NCBI RefSeq assembly: GCF_000017305.1
Contig: NC_009664.2
Coordinates: 4,440,001 to 4,472,000, forward strand
DNA from: Kineococcus radiotolerans SRS30216 = ATCC BAA-149
Lineage (GTDB): Bacteria > Actinomycetota > Actinomycetes > Actinomycetales > Kineococcaceae
Length of the DNA: 32,000 bases
Reading direction: 5' to 3'
Part shown: one piece after another, positions 14,040 through 23,325 of the stretch
How the letters are laid out: each line of letters opens with the position of its first letter
Position numbering within the stretch: the first letter of the stretch is position 1
The notes under the pieces: model-generated
Databases searched by the model: none
Told to the model about the DNA's origin: nothing
What the model saw: the letters and a program-made list of their open reading frames with translations, nothing else
Position numbers and translations under genes: made by a program

Positions 14040-14984
14040 GTGATGAGGAAGACACGGAAGTGGAGCCGGTACCCGACGGGGGCGTTCTACGCCTTCATCA
14101 GCCCCTGGCTGATCGGGTTCACCCTGCTCACCGCCATCCCGCTGGTCTACGGGCTGCTGGTCAGCTTGACCAACTACGACGGCAGCTCCCCGCGCTGGAA
14201 GTGGATCGGACTACGCAACTACACCGAACTGCTCAGCGACGGTGACGCCTGGTCCGCGCTGCTGCGCACCCTGGCCTTCACCGCCATCGTCGTCCCGCTG
14301 AGCATCGCCGGGTCCCTGGGGCTGGCGGTCCTGCTGAACCGCAGGCTGCGGGCGGTCGGGTTGTGGCGGACCGTGTTCTTCCTCCCCTCCGTCGTCCCCG
14401 TCGTGGCGATGGCGATCATGTGGAAACTCGTGCTCAACCGCGACGCCGGCATCCTCAACGCGGCCCTGGGAGCCATCGGCCTCGGACCGGTCGCGTGGCT
14501 GTCCGCCCCGGCCTCCTTCTACGCCCTGGTCATCCTCATGCTCTGGGCCCTGGGCGGGGGCATGGTCATCATGCTCGCCGCACTGCAGGGCGTCCCGGTG
14601 GAGCTGGAAGAGGCGGCCACGATGGACGGTGCGGGTCGCTGGCGGGTCTTCCGCCACGTCACCGTCCCGATGATCTCCCCGATCCTCTTCTTCCAGGTCA
14701 TCACCGGCGTCATCGGCGCCCTGCAGGTGTTCGTCCAGCCCCTGCTGCTCACCGGCTCCAGCGGAATCGCCGGGGCCGGAGCGGTCCCGGAGAGCAACCG
14801 CCTCTTTATGGTGCAGGTCTACCAGGAGTTCTTCCTCAGCAACCGCTTCGGTTACGGCTCGGCCATGCTGTGGGTCTTCTTCCTCATCATCCTGGGCCTG
14901 ACCCTGATCCTGCTGCGCAGCAGCCGCTCCTGGGTGTTTTACGAAGTCGACACCGACGAAGACCAGAAGGCGGCAGCTCGATGA
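14040..14984 (+). CDS. ABC sugar transporter permease (MalF/UgpA-like)
   Basis: Six predicted TM stretches and the EAA loop EEAATMDGAGRWRVFRHVTVP. The gene starts (GTG 14040 or ATG 14043) 1-4 nt after the binding-protein stop. Confidence 0.9.
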   Translation: MMRKTRKWSRYPTGAFYAFISPWLIGFTLLTAIPLVYGLLVSLTNYDGSSPRWKWIGLRNYTELLSDGDAWSALLRTLAFTAIVVPLSIAGSLGLAVLLNRRLRAVGLWRTVFFLPSVVPVVAMAIMWKLVLNRDAGILNAALGAIGLGPVAWLSAPASFYALVILMLWALGGGMVIMLAALQGVPVELEEAATMDGAGRWRVFRHVTVPMISPILFFQVITGVIGALQVFVQPLLLTGSSGIAGAGAVPESNRLFMVQVYQEFFLSNRFGYGSAMLWVFFLIILGLTLILLRSSRSWVFYEVDTDEDQKAAAR

Positions 14985-15883
14985 CCTCCGAGACCACGAC
15001 CCAGCCGGCGCCGGTGCAGCCGCCCAACTCCCGGGCACTGCGCAAGCAGCGGGTCCCGATTACCCGCCGCCGCCCCGGCTTCGTCTACGTCCTGCTCCTG
15101 GCTCTGGCGGTCTTCTTCGTCGGGCCCTTCCTGTGGCTGGTGATCTCAGCGCTGAAGAGCCCAGGGGAGTGGGCGGCCCTGCCCCTGCGCCTGCTGCCCG
15201 AGCAGGCGCAGTGGAGCAACTTCACCCGCGCCCTGGGCGACATGAACTTCGTCGGGTACGCGGGCAACTCCCTGTTCCTCTCCACCGCGTACTCCCTGCT
15301 CATTACCTTGACCAGCGCCGCGGTCGGCTTCGGTTTCGCCCGGCTGAAGGCCCCCGGCAAGCGCGGCCTGTTCCTGGTCGTCCTCTCGACCATGATGCTG
15401 CCCAACATCCTCACCCTGCTCCCGACGTACGTGCTGTTCTCCCGCATCGGGCTGATCAACACCTACTGGCCGTGGATCCTGTGGGGACTGGCAGCCTCGC
15501 CCTATCTGGTCTTCCTCTTCCGGCAGTTCTTCTCCGGCCTGCCCAAGGAGCTCGAAGACGCCGCCATCATCGACGGCGCCGGCTGGGGACGGATCTTCTT
15601 CGTCATCTTCCTGCCCCTCTCCCGGCCCGTCCTCATCACTTCCTTCCTACTGTCCTTCACCATGACCTGGGGGGACTACATCGCTCCCGCCCTGTTCCTG
15701 GACCTGGACCGTACGACCCTGGCCGTGGCCATCACCGCCTACTACCAGGACCCCAACGGCAACGTCATCCCCACCGTGCAAGCCGCCGCGGCCGGCATGT
15801 ACATCCTGCCCGTGCTGCTGATCTTCTTCTTCGCTCAGCGCTACTTCATCCGATCCTCGGTCGGCTCGGGTATCAAGGGCTGA
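14981..15883 (+). CDS. ABC sugar transporter permease (MalG/UgpE-like)
   Basis: The ATG at 14981 overlaps the upstream stop (ATGA). The EAA loop is LEDAAIIDGAGWGRIFFVIFLP. The track ORF 14363..15883 is the same frame extended upstream. Confidence 0.9.
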   Translation: MTSETTTQPAPVQPPNSRALRKQRVPITRRRPGFVYVLLLALAVFFVGPFLWLVISALKSPGEWAALPLRLLPEQAQWSNFTRALGDMNFVGYAGNSLFLSTAYSLLITLTSAAVGFGFARLKAPGKRGLFLVVLSTMMLPNILTLLPTYVLFSRIGLINTYWPWILWGLAASPYLVFLFRQFFSGLPKELEDAAIIDGAGWGRIFFVIFLPLSRPVLITSFLLSFTMTWGDYIAPALFLDLDRTTLAVAITAYYQDPNGNVIPTVQAAAAGMYILPVLLIFFFAQRYFIRSSVGSGIKG

Positions 15884-16033
15884 CCGCACCTGCGCGCCGC
15901 ACGCTGGCCGCCGGGTCGCTGCCGGATGGGTGCCGGGGTAGCGCGGTCCACAACGGACCGACCGCGGCGCACCCCGCTTCCGGTCAGCGCTGCGGCAGCC
16001 GCTTCGAACGCCCTGCACAGCAGCACCACCCGG

Positions 16034-16174
16034 CTGGACCTGCTGCTCGACCCGCTGCTCGACCCGCTGCTCGACCTGCTGCTCGACCTGCTGCTCGACC
16101 TGCTGCTCGACCTGCTGCTCGACCTGCTGCTCGACCTGCTGCTCGACCTGCTGCTCGACCTGCTGCTCGACGCG
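16034..16174. repeat. About 11 copies of a 12-bp tandem repeat CTGCTCGACC(C/T)G; nine consecutive copies are perfect
   Basis: Counted directly. Units start at 16043 and recur every 12 bp to 16163. The first two carry C at unit position 11 and the next nine are identical. A degenerate lead-in sits at 16034-16042 and the last unit is CTGCTCGACGCG. The array lies in the 385-bp gap between the permease stop (15883) and the isomerase start (16269). Confidence 0.95.
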
Positions 16175-16268
16175 GTGACGGGCCCTGTCGATGCGCCAGC
16201 GCCACCCGGCTCTACCGGCACCGCCGGCTGCCTCACCCGTTCCGCCTTCCACCGTTTGGAGCCTTGTC

Positions 16269-17084
16269 ATGTCAGCGTCTGCGTCCTCGTCCCCTTCCGT
16301 GCAGCTGTACAGCGTCAGAGACGCCATGGAGCGTGACCTCTCGGGCACGATCGCCCGCCTGGCCGACATCGGCTTCACCCATGTGGAGCCCTACGCCTTC
16401 GCGGAACGGACCGAGGAACTCGCCGCCGCCTTCACCGCCGCCGGGGTCAGTGCCCCCTCCGGACACGCCGCCGTCATCGACGCTGACGACCCCGCCCGGA
16501 TCTTCGACGCGGCTGAGCGCCTGGGCATCAACGCCGTCATCGATCCCTTCGTGCCCAGCGAGCGCTGGCAGAGCATCGACGACGCTCACCGCCTCGCCGA
16601 GCGCGTCAACGAGCTGCAAACCCTAGCCGCAGCGCGCGGACTGCGCTTCGGCTACCACAACCACCAGTGGGAGTTCGCCAACCGCGTCCAAGGCCGCCCC
16701 GTCTACGAGCACTTCGTCGAGCACCTCAACTTCGACGTCATCCTCGAGCTGGACGCCTTCTGGTCCACCGTCGGCGGCATGGACACCCCCGCCCTGCTGC
16801 AGTCGCTGGGCGCGCGGGTGCAGTTCATCCACGTCAAGGACGGCATCATCGGCGGCGACATCGCCACCTCCCTGCCCAGCAGCGACAGCGCCTTGGACGT
16901 ACCGCCCAGCCTTAGCGCCGCCTTCAAGCAGCAGACCCCCGCCGGTCAAGGCGAGGTCGGCGTGAAGGCCATCCTCGCCGCCGCCCCGCAGGCCGTGCGC
17001 GTGGTGGAGTTCGACGACTACGCCCACGACATCTTCGAGGGCCTCGCCGCCTCCCTGACCTGGCTGCAGGAGAACGACCGATGA
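16269..17084 (+). CDS. Sugar phosphate isomerase/epimerase (xylose-isomerase-like TIM barrel)
   Basis: The ATG at 16269 has GGAG 8 nt upstream. VQLYSVRD...LADIGFTHVEPY...HNHQWEF...IHVKD is the typical pattern of this family. The stop overlaps the next start (ATGA). Confidence 0.85.
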   Translation: MSASASSSPSVQLYSVRDAMERDLSGTIARLADIGFTHVEPYAFAERTEELAAAFTAAGVSAPSGHAAVIDADDPARIFDAAERLGINAVIDPFVPSERWQSIDDAHRLAERVNELQTLAAARGLRFGYHNHQWEFANRVQGRPVYEHFVEHLNFDVILELDAFWSTVGGMDTPALLQSLGARVQFIHVKDGIIGGDIATSLPSSDSALDVPPSLSAAFKQQTPAGQGEVGVKAILAAAPQAVRVVEFDDYAHDIFEGLAASLTWLQENDR

Positions 17085-18220
17085 GCATCCCCACCACCCC
17101 GGGCGTGAAGGTGACCCCGAGCGCGAACGCCGTCGGCGTCGGCGTCATCGGCGCCGGCGTCATCAGCGGCACCTACCTCGAGCACATGCACCAGTACCCC
17201 GACCTGCGCGTCCTCGGCATCGCCGACGTCGACGCCGAGCGGGCCCGCGCCCAGGCCGAGGCCTACGCGGTGCCCTGGCACGGCAGCGTCGCGGACCTGC
17301 TAGCCATCGACGACATCGAGATCGTCGTCAACCTCACGATCCCCGCCGTGCACGCCGAGATCGACCACCAAATCATCGCCGCCGGCAAGAACGTGTGGAG
17401 CGAGAAGCCGCTGGCCCTGGACCGCGACTCCGCCACCCAGCTGCTCAAGGCCGCCGAGGCGGCGGGGGTGCGGGTGGCGTGCGCACCGGACACCGTCCTG
17501 GGCGCGGGCATCCAGACGGCGATGCGTCAGATCGCCGCCGGGGCGATCGGTGAGCCGTTGACGGCGAGCACCACCTTCCAGGCCCCCGGCCCCGAGGCCT
17601 GGCACCCCAACCCGGACTTCCTCTACGCCGCCGGCGCCGGCCCGCTGCTGGACATGGGCCCGTACTACCTCACCACCCTCGTCCACACCTTCGGGCCCGT
17701 CGCCGCGGTCAGTGCCGTCTCCTCCCGCTCCCACGAGCAGCGCACCATCGCCAGCGGCCCCCGACAGGGGGAGCGGTTCAGCGTGCAGGTGCCCACCCAC
17801 CACGCGGCGCTGATCCGCTTCGAGTCCGGGCAGTCCGCCCAGTCCACCTTCAGCTTCCAAAGCGCCCTCATGCGCCTCGGCGTGGTGGAGATCAGCGGCA
17901 CCGAAGGCACCCTCGTCCTGCCCGACCCCAACACCTTCGAGGGGGAGAGCACCCTCTGGCGCTTCGGTGAGGACACCCCCACGACCGTGCCGCAGCAGGG
18001 CAGCGCCTACGGGCGTGGAGCGGGAGTCGTCGACCTCGCCCGCGCCTTGCGCGCGGGAACGCCGGAGACAGCCAGCGGTGCGGTGGCCGCCCACGTCCTC
18101 GACACCCTGCTCGCCATCTCCGAAGCGGCTGAGCAGGGCCAGAGCGTGGACGTGACCTCCACGGTGCCCCAGCCCACCCGGCTGGCGGAGACCTGGGATC
18201 CGCGGGAAGCTACCCTCTGA
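17081..18220 (+). CDS. Gfo/Idh/MocA-family NAD(P)-dependent oxidoreductase
   Basis: The N-terminal Rossmann motif VGVIGAGVISGTYL and the EKPLA motif (WSEKPLALD) are both present. Confidence 0.9.
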   Translation: MSIPTTPGVKVTPSANAVGVGVIGAGVISGTYLEHMHQYPDLRVLGIADVDAERARAQAEAYAVPWHGSVADLLAIDDIEIVVNLTIPAVHAEIDHQIIAAGKNVWSEKPLALDRDSATQLLKAAEAAGVRVACAPDTVLGAGIQTAMRQIAAGAIGEPLTASTTFQAPGPEAWHPNPDFLYAAGAGPLLDMGPYYLTTLVHTFGPVAAVSAVSSRSHEQRTIASGPRQGERFSVQVPTHHAALIRFESGQSAQSTFSFQSALMRLGVVEISGTEGTLVLPDPNTFEGESTLWRFGEDTPTTVPQQGSAYGRGAGVVDLARALRAGTPETASGAVAAHVLDTLLAISEAAEQGQSVDVTSTVPQPTRLAETWDPREATL

Positions 18221-18313
18221 CCCTTGGGTAGCGCTCGACCCACTGTCGCCGCCCCAGCACGACGCGACGCGACGCAGCGCGCCTCAGTACGTCTCGCCCC
18301 GGTCGCCTCGACG

Positions 18314-18355
18314 CCCCTGTCTGCTTAGCGCCGCTGAGTCGCGAGCAGGCAGGGG
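18314..18355 (+). terminator. 12-bp stem hairpin (1 mismatch) downstream of the oxidoreductase gene
   Basis: CCCCTGTCTGCT (18314-18325) pairs with AGCAGGCAGGGG (18344-18355), with an 18-nt loop. Confidence 0.3.
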
Positions 18356-18661
18356 ACGTCAGCGATTCCACCGAGCGAGCACCTGAGCCGAGACACAGCC
18401 GGTAGGGCGACCGATCCACCGCGCTAGACGCAGACAGCTGCAGGTTGCGTCGTTGCCGTAGTGACCCGGGAGTCCGCCAGACTCCACCGGTGCGCCACGT
18501 ATCTTCGTAGCCCGCAGCGCCCAGCCTGTTCGCCTCCGCTCATGCTCCCCGGCTGAGACAGCGCCGGTTCTCCGGCCGATACAGCGCCAGGGACCTGAGG
18601 CACGAGCAGCAGCCTTCCACGACGCACTAGGGACGACGACGTCGTCAGCGAGAGGAACACC

Positions 18662-21043
18662 GTGTCGGTACCCGAAGCTTTCCGCGATGCGTCCTTGTGC
18701 GTCGACGAACGCGTCAGTGACCTCCTGGCCCGCATGAGCCTGCAGGAGCGGGCAGCGCAGGTGGCTGCACCGTTCGGGGCCACCGTCGATGTCCACCACC
18801 CCCCAGTCGAAGGGTGGGGTTGCGTCCTGGCCGGCTTCTCGACCCTGGGGCTACCATCGCGCGAGACGGCCATCAGGATCAACGAGCTGCAGCGCAAACA
18901 CCTGGAGCAGACTCGCCTGGGCATTCCCGTGCTGGTGGCGGAGGAGGCGCTGCTGGGCCTGAAGGTCCGCGACGCGGTGACCTTCCCCGAGGCCATCGCC
19001 CAAGCCGCCACCTGGGATCCGCAGCTCATCGAGACGATGGGGCGCACCATCGGGGGCCAGATGAGTGCCCTCGGCGTGCGCCAAGCCCTCGCCCCGCTGG
19101 CCGACGTGGCTCGCGACCCACGCTGGGGACGCGTGGAGGAGACCTACGGCGAGGAGCCCTACCTGGTCGGCGCCATGGCCACCGCCTTCGTCCGCGGGGT
19201 CCAGGAAGCCGACCCAGTCCGGCCCTCGATCGCCACCCTGAAGCACTTCGTCGGCTACAGCGCCAGCGCCGGCGGACGCAACACCGACGCGGTGTCCCTG
19301 GGGCCGCGGGAGCTGCGGGAGGTGCACACCGTCGCTTTCGAGATGGCCATCCGCGACGGCGGCGCCCGGGGAATCATGCCCTCCTACAACAGCATCGACG
19401 GTGTTCCCGTCACCGGCTCCCGCGCCCTGCTCAGCGACCTGTTGCGCGACGAACTCGGCTTCGACGGGCTCGTCATCTCCGACCTGGCCGCGGTCAGCCA
19501 ACTGCACACCAAGCACCTCACGACCCCTGACCTGGTGGCCGCTCAAGCCCGGGCCATCGGGGCCGGTGTCGACCTGGATCTGGACAACCAGGTGTCTACC
19601 TCCGCCCTGGTGCAGGCGGTGCAGCGCAGGCTGCTCACCGAGGCCGACCTGAACCGGGCGGTGGCTGCGGTCCTGCGGGCGAAGTTCGAGCTGGGCCTGT
19701 TCGAGAACCCCTACGTCGACGTGGACGCCGTTCCGCAGACCTTCGACTCCGATGCGGAGCGCGCACTGGCTCGGCGCATCGCCGAAGCCTCCATCGTGCT
19801 GCTGCAGAACGATCCGGTCGCTTCCACGCCCGACGATGCGCCGGGGAATACTCCGTTGCTGCCCCTGAACCCCGCCATCGCCACCGTCGCGGTCATCGGT
19901 CCCAACGCCGATCGCCTCATGGGGCAGCTGGGCCACTACAGCTACCACGTCCTGGACAGCACAGTCCGGCGTTTCGCCGCGGCCGCTGACCCCAGCGCCA
20001 GGGCGGAGGACGTGGCCGACCTGGCCGGACAGACCGGCGCCGATGCGGCCCACCGGATGGTGGAATCAGTTCCGGTGGTGACGTTCCTGGAAGGTATTCG
20101 CCGTCGCCTGCCCCACGCGCAGGTGCTGCACGAGCGTGGTTGCCCGGTCGCCGAGGCCGACCGTTCCGGCTTCGCCGCCGCCGTGCAGGCGGCCACCCGC
20201 GCCGAGGTTACCGTCCTCGTCGTCGGTGACCAGGCGGGCATCAACTCCTGGGGCACGGTGGGGGAAGGCCTGGACAGCGCCGACTGTGACCTGCCCGGTG
20301 TGCAGCGCGAGCTCGTCGAGGCCGTGGTAGCGACCGGTACTCCTACGGTCGTGGTCCTCAGCCACGGGCGGGCCTATGCCATGGACTGGCTGCCCGCGAC
20401 GGTTCCGGCGATCGTCACCACCTTCTTCGGCGGTGAGGAGGCCGGTACCGCGTTGGCGTCGGTGCTGTTCGGGGATGTGAACCCGGCCGGACGCCTGCCC
20501 ATCGCGCTGCTGAACACCGCCGCAGCCGCACCCCTGCCGTACTGGCGCGCGCTGCAACAGCCGAGCTACGTCGATGGTGTCGCTGAGGCCGTCTTCGCCT
20601 TCGGCCACGGCCTCAGCTACACCCGCTTCGCGTACAGTGACCTAGCCCTCGCCCAGGCCGCGGTGGGTACCGAGGACGTGATCAGGTTGTCGTTCACGGT
20701 GGCCAACGTGGGCGATCGTCCCGGCGATGAGGTGGTTCAGGTCTACGGCCGAGACGTCACCGCCCGCACCGCCCGCCCCTATCGCAAGCTGGTGGGCTTT
20801 CACCGCCTGCACCTTCAAACCGGTGAGAGCGCGCGGGTGAGCGCAGTCGTTCCCGCCAGCCTGTTCGCTCTGTGGGATCCCGAAGACGGCTGGATCGTCG
20901 AACCCGGTGCTGTGGAGCTCTTCGTCGGTGGCTCCTCGGCTGAGACGCCCCTGCGCGCGGGGGTGACACTGACCGGCGACGTTCACCGCGCCGGCGCCAC
21001 CCGCGCTCTGAGCAGCACGGTGCGGGCGCACTCCCTGCCCTGA
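18662..21043 (+). CDS. GH3 beta-glucosidase/beta-xylosidase-type glycoside hydrolase
   Basis: Readable blocks are DPRWGRVEETYGEEPYL, KHFVGYS, the GFDGLVISDL nucleophile region, and a C-terminal FnIII-like segment (VSFTVANVGDRPGDEVVQVY). The start is a GTG with GAGAGGA upstream. Confidence 0.9.
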   Translation: MSVPEAFRDASLCVDERVSDLLARMSLQERAAQVAAPFGATVDVHHPPVEGWGCVLAGFSTLGLPSRETAIRINELQRKHLEQTRLGIPVLVAEEALLGLKVRDAVTFPEAIAQAATWDPQLIETMGRTIGGQMSALGVRQALAPLADVARDPRWGRVEETYGEEPYLVGAMATAFVRGVQEADPVRPSIATLKHFVGYSASAGGRNTDAVSLGPRELREVHTVAFEMAIRDGGARGIMPSYNSIDGVPVTGSRALLSDLLRDELGFDGLVISDLAAVSQLHTKHLTTPDLVAAQARAIGAGVDLDLDNQVSTSALVQAVQRRLLTEADLNRAVAAVLRAKFELGLFENPYVDVDAVPQTFDSDAERALARRIAEASIVLLQNDPVASTPDDAPGNTPLLPLNPAIATVAVIGPNADRLMGQLGHYSYHVLDSTVRRFAAAADPSARAEDVADLAGQTGADAAHRMVESVPVVTFLEGIRRRLPHAQVLHERGCPVAEADRSGFAAAVQAATRAEVTVLVVGDQAGINSWGTVGEGLDSADCDLPGVQRELVEAVVATGTPTVVVLSHGRAYAMDWLPATVPAIVTTFFGGEEAGTALASVLFGDVNPAGRLPIALLNTAAAAPLPYWRALQQPSYVDGVAEAVFAFGHGLSYTRFAYSDLALAQAAVGTEDVIRLSFTVANVGDRPGDEVVQVYGRDVTARTARPYRKLVGFHRLHLQTGESARVSAVVPASLFALWDPEDGWIVEPGAVELFVGGSSAETPLRAGVTLTGDVHRAGATRALSSTVRAHSLP

Positions 21044-21206
21044 TGCCGACCAGCCTGAGGACACCCCGGCTGTGAGCGCGCCTCCAGCGCCGAGGACTCC
21101 TGGGGTGGCGGGGCACCTCGTCACTGACGGAGCCCGGAGCACCTGCGACTACCCTCTTCAGGTGGGCGTGCAGCCAGGACCTCGACAACGACCGGGGAAG
21201 GCTCAG

Positions 21207-22397
21207 GTGCTCCTCCGCGCCCGAGCACTGTGGCGTGGCAGCCCTTTGTGGCTCACCGCCCGGGTGTGGGAGCGCATCTGGGACCTCGTCCTCATCGCGA
21301 CGCTGGTGGTGGTGGGTCTGCGTTTCATCGTGGGTAGCGCCGACGCGCTGGAGCTGGCCGGCACCTGTGCCGGGGTGGCGATCGCCACGGTCCGCCGGCG
21401 CGCTCCGCGGGCGGTGCTGGTGCTGTTGATGCTGGCGTCGGTCATCCTGCCGTGGTGGCACCCCTCCTCTCCGGTGGGCTTGTGGGTCACGACCCAGGTG
21501 GCGCTGTTCGCTGTGTCCCTGCGATGCGAGCGCCGGTGGTCGTTGACGGTGGCGGCTCTGCTGTGTGTCGGTCTGTACCTGGTCACCGTCGGCGTCTACG
21601 GCCCTGCGCCGCTGGATCCGATGTCGCTGGCGGTGCTGCTGTGGACCGTGGCGGTGGCCGGCGCCGCCATGACGCTACGCGCCCAGCACGAGACCGTTCA
21701 GGCCCTGACGGAGAGGACCGCGGCGGTGCTCGCCGCGCGAGACAGCGAGATCGAGCAGCATCTGAGCGCCGAGCGGCTGCGCATCGCTCAGGACCTGCAC
21801 GACTCCGTGGCTCACACCATCTCCGGGATCTCCCTGCAGGCTGGTGCCGCCGAACGGGCCCTGACCCAGCGTCCTCAGGACGCCGCCGCCGCCTTAGCCG
21901 CCATCCGCACCGCGAGCCGGGAATCCCTCGTGGAGCTGCAGCAGATCCTCGGAGTCCTGCGCGATCAAGACCCTGCCGCCTCCGCGCCTGCTCCGGCCCT
22001 GGCCTCCCTGCTGGTTGAGACAAGCAAGGAGGGGGGAGCGGTCACCGTGGCACCTGACCTTGAGCTCTCCGCCCTGCCCGCCGCCACCGCCGTGGCCTTG
22101 GTCCGCATCGCCCAGGAGGCGGTCACCAACGCCCGCCGCCACGGCACCGGGCCGGTCAGCGTGGAGCTCAGCACCGTCGGGGACGACGTCGTGCTGCAGG
22201 TCAGCAATACCATCGCTGCACCGCCCTCCGGGACCGGGGCGCAACGCGGTGATGTGATCAGCGGGGGATTCGGCCTGATGGGGATGCACGAGCGGGCCAC
22301 CGTGCTCGGGGGGACGTTGATCGCCGGTCCGTCCGGCCGCACCTTCCGGGTGCAGGCGGTACTACCGCTGCGCGCTGCCTCGACGGTGCGCCCGTGA
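21207..22397 (+). CDS. Sensor histidine kinase, NarL/DesK type (HisKA_3 + HATPase_c)
   Basis: Readable motifs are the H-box RIAQDLHDSVAHTIS, N-box EAVTNARRHG and G-box GGFGLMGMHERA, with N-terminal TM segments. The GTG at 21207 (GGGGAAGG upstream) is preferred because codons between 21072 and 21206 have poorer G/C third positions. 21072 is the alternative start. Confidence 0.85.
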   Translation: MLLRARALWRGSPLWLTARVWERIWDLVLIATLVVVGLRFIVGSADALELAGTCAGVAIATVRRRAPRAVLVLLMLASVILPWWHPSSPVGLWVTTQVALFAVSLRCERRWSLTVAALLCVGLYLVTVGVYGPAPLDPMSLAVLLWTVAVAGAAMTLRAQHETVQALTERTAAVLAARDSEIEQHLSAERLRIAQDLHDSVAHTISGISLQAGAAERALTQRPQDAAAALAAIRTASRESLVELQQILGVLRDQDPAASAPAPALASLLVETSKEGGAVTVAPDLELSALPAATAVALVRIAQEAVTNARRHGTGPVSVELSTVGDDVVLQVSNTIAAPPSGTGAQRGDVISGGFGLMGMHERATVLGGTLIAGPSGRTFRVQAVLPLRAASTVRP

Positions 22398-23122
22398 CCG
22401 GGTCGGCGACCGCGTTGCGGGTCCTGGTCGTCGACGACCAACCGCTGGCTCGATCGGGCATCACCGGCATCCTCGCCGGTGCCGCGCAAGTGCAGGTGGT
22501 GGGGGAGGCTGCCGACGGTCAGCAGGCGCTGGAGCTCATGGAAGAGCTCGAGCCCGACGTCGTGCTGCTGGACCTGCGGATGCCGGTGCTCGGTGGCGTG
22601 GAGGTCCTGCGCCGCCTGCGGGCCCAGGAGCGCTTCGCCGCCGTCCGGGTCGTGGTGCTGACGACCTTCGACGGCGACGATGAGGTCGTGCAGGCCATGG
22701 CCGCCGGCGCCGACGGCTTCCTCAGCAAGGCCAGTGACCCCGACGACATCCTGCAGGCGATCACGAGCGTGGCCTCCGGTGACATCGCCTTGTCCCAGCG
22801 CGCCCTACGGGCCGTCGTCGCGGGCCTGCCCACCCCCACACCCGCCGACGACCGCGCCCAGAGAACGGGGGCTGGAGGTGAGGGGGCAGTGGAGGTCGCA
22901 CGCCTGCGGGCTCGAGTGGAGCTGCTCACCGCCCGTGAGCGAGACGTCGTCGTCGCCGTCGCCCGAGGCTTGGACAACACCCAGATCGGTGAAGAACTCT
23001 TCATCTCACCCTTGACGGTGAAGACGCACGTCTCACGGGCCATGACCAAGCTGCGCGTGCGAGACCGTGCCCAACTGGTCGCCATCGCCTACCGCGCCGG
23101 GATCGCCAACCCGCCGCGCTGA
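22394..23122 (+). CDS. Response regulator, NarL/LuxR family
   Basis: The receiver domain is readable (VLVVDDQPL, DVVLLDLRMP), as is the C-terminal LuxR HTH (LTARERDVVVAVARGLDNTQIGEELFISPLTVKTHVSRAM). The GTG overlaps the kinase stop. Confidence 0.9.
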   Translation: MTGSATALRVLVVDDQPLARSGITGILAGAAQVQVVGEAADGQQALELMEELEPDVVLLDLRMPVLGGVEVLRRLRAQERFAAVRVVVLTTFDGDDEVVQAMAAGADGFLSKASDPDDILQAITSVASGDIALSQRALRAVVAGLPTPTPADDRAQRTGAGGEGAVEVARLRARVELLTARERDVVVAVARGLDNTQIGEELFISPLTVKTHVSRAMTKLRVRDRAQLVAIAYRAGIANPPR

Positions 23123-23325
23123 GCGGCGCACCGTTCCGACTCCGGTGCGCCCCCGGCGCCCTGCGTACTCCCGTGGGAGTACTCCCCGGCGAGGACCGGC
23201 GCGCTCCGGCTGGACGACGACACGACCCCGCCTCGAGGGCGAACCTGGTGGAGTCAGGTTTCTCGCGCTCACCGACCACCCGGCTGGCTCGCCGGTCCGG
23301 TGCTGCGCTTTCGGAGAGGTTTCTC

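Noticed and set aside
12711-15883. The ABC transporter operon has no ATPase gene, which might suggest an incomplete or degraded system.
   Set aside because: Actinobacterial CUT1 sugar ABC systems commonly lack a dedicated ATPase and share a distal MsiK-type ATPase. This is the normal arrangement.
16034-16174. The 12-bp repeat array considered as a CRISPR array.
   Set aside because: The units are directly contiguous with no spacers, are far shorter than CRISPR repeats, and no cas genes are nearby.
15133-16626. A 497-aa plus-strand ORF containing (PAAR)n, which could be mistaken for a PAAR-domain or repeat protein.
   Set aside because: Its first 750 nt are an alternative frame of the well-supported permease gene. 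The PAAR string is only the 12-bp DNA repeat read in the frame with A/T third positions (GCT CGA CCT GCT). It has nothing to do with the T6SS PAAR fold.
23173-23325. N-terminal extensions proposed by the ORF track: 23173 for MMPL, 12636 for the binding protein, 16191 for the isomerase, 14363 for permease 2, 27858 for the DHA2 MFS and 7802 for the hypothetical gene.
   Set aside because: In each case an internal ATG or GTG with a Shine-Dalgarno-like sequence starts exactly where the recognisable signal peptide, TM segment or domain begins. The upstream part is Arg/Pro-rich with weaker codon bias.
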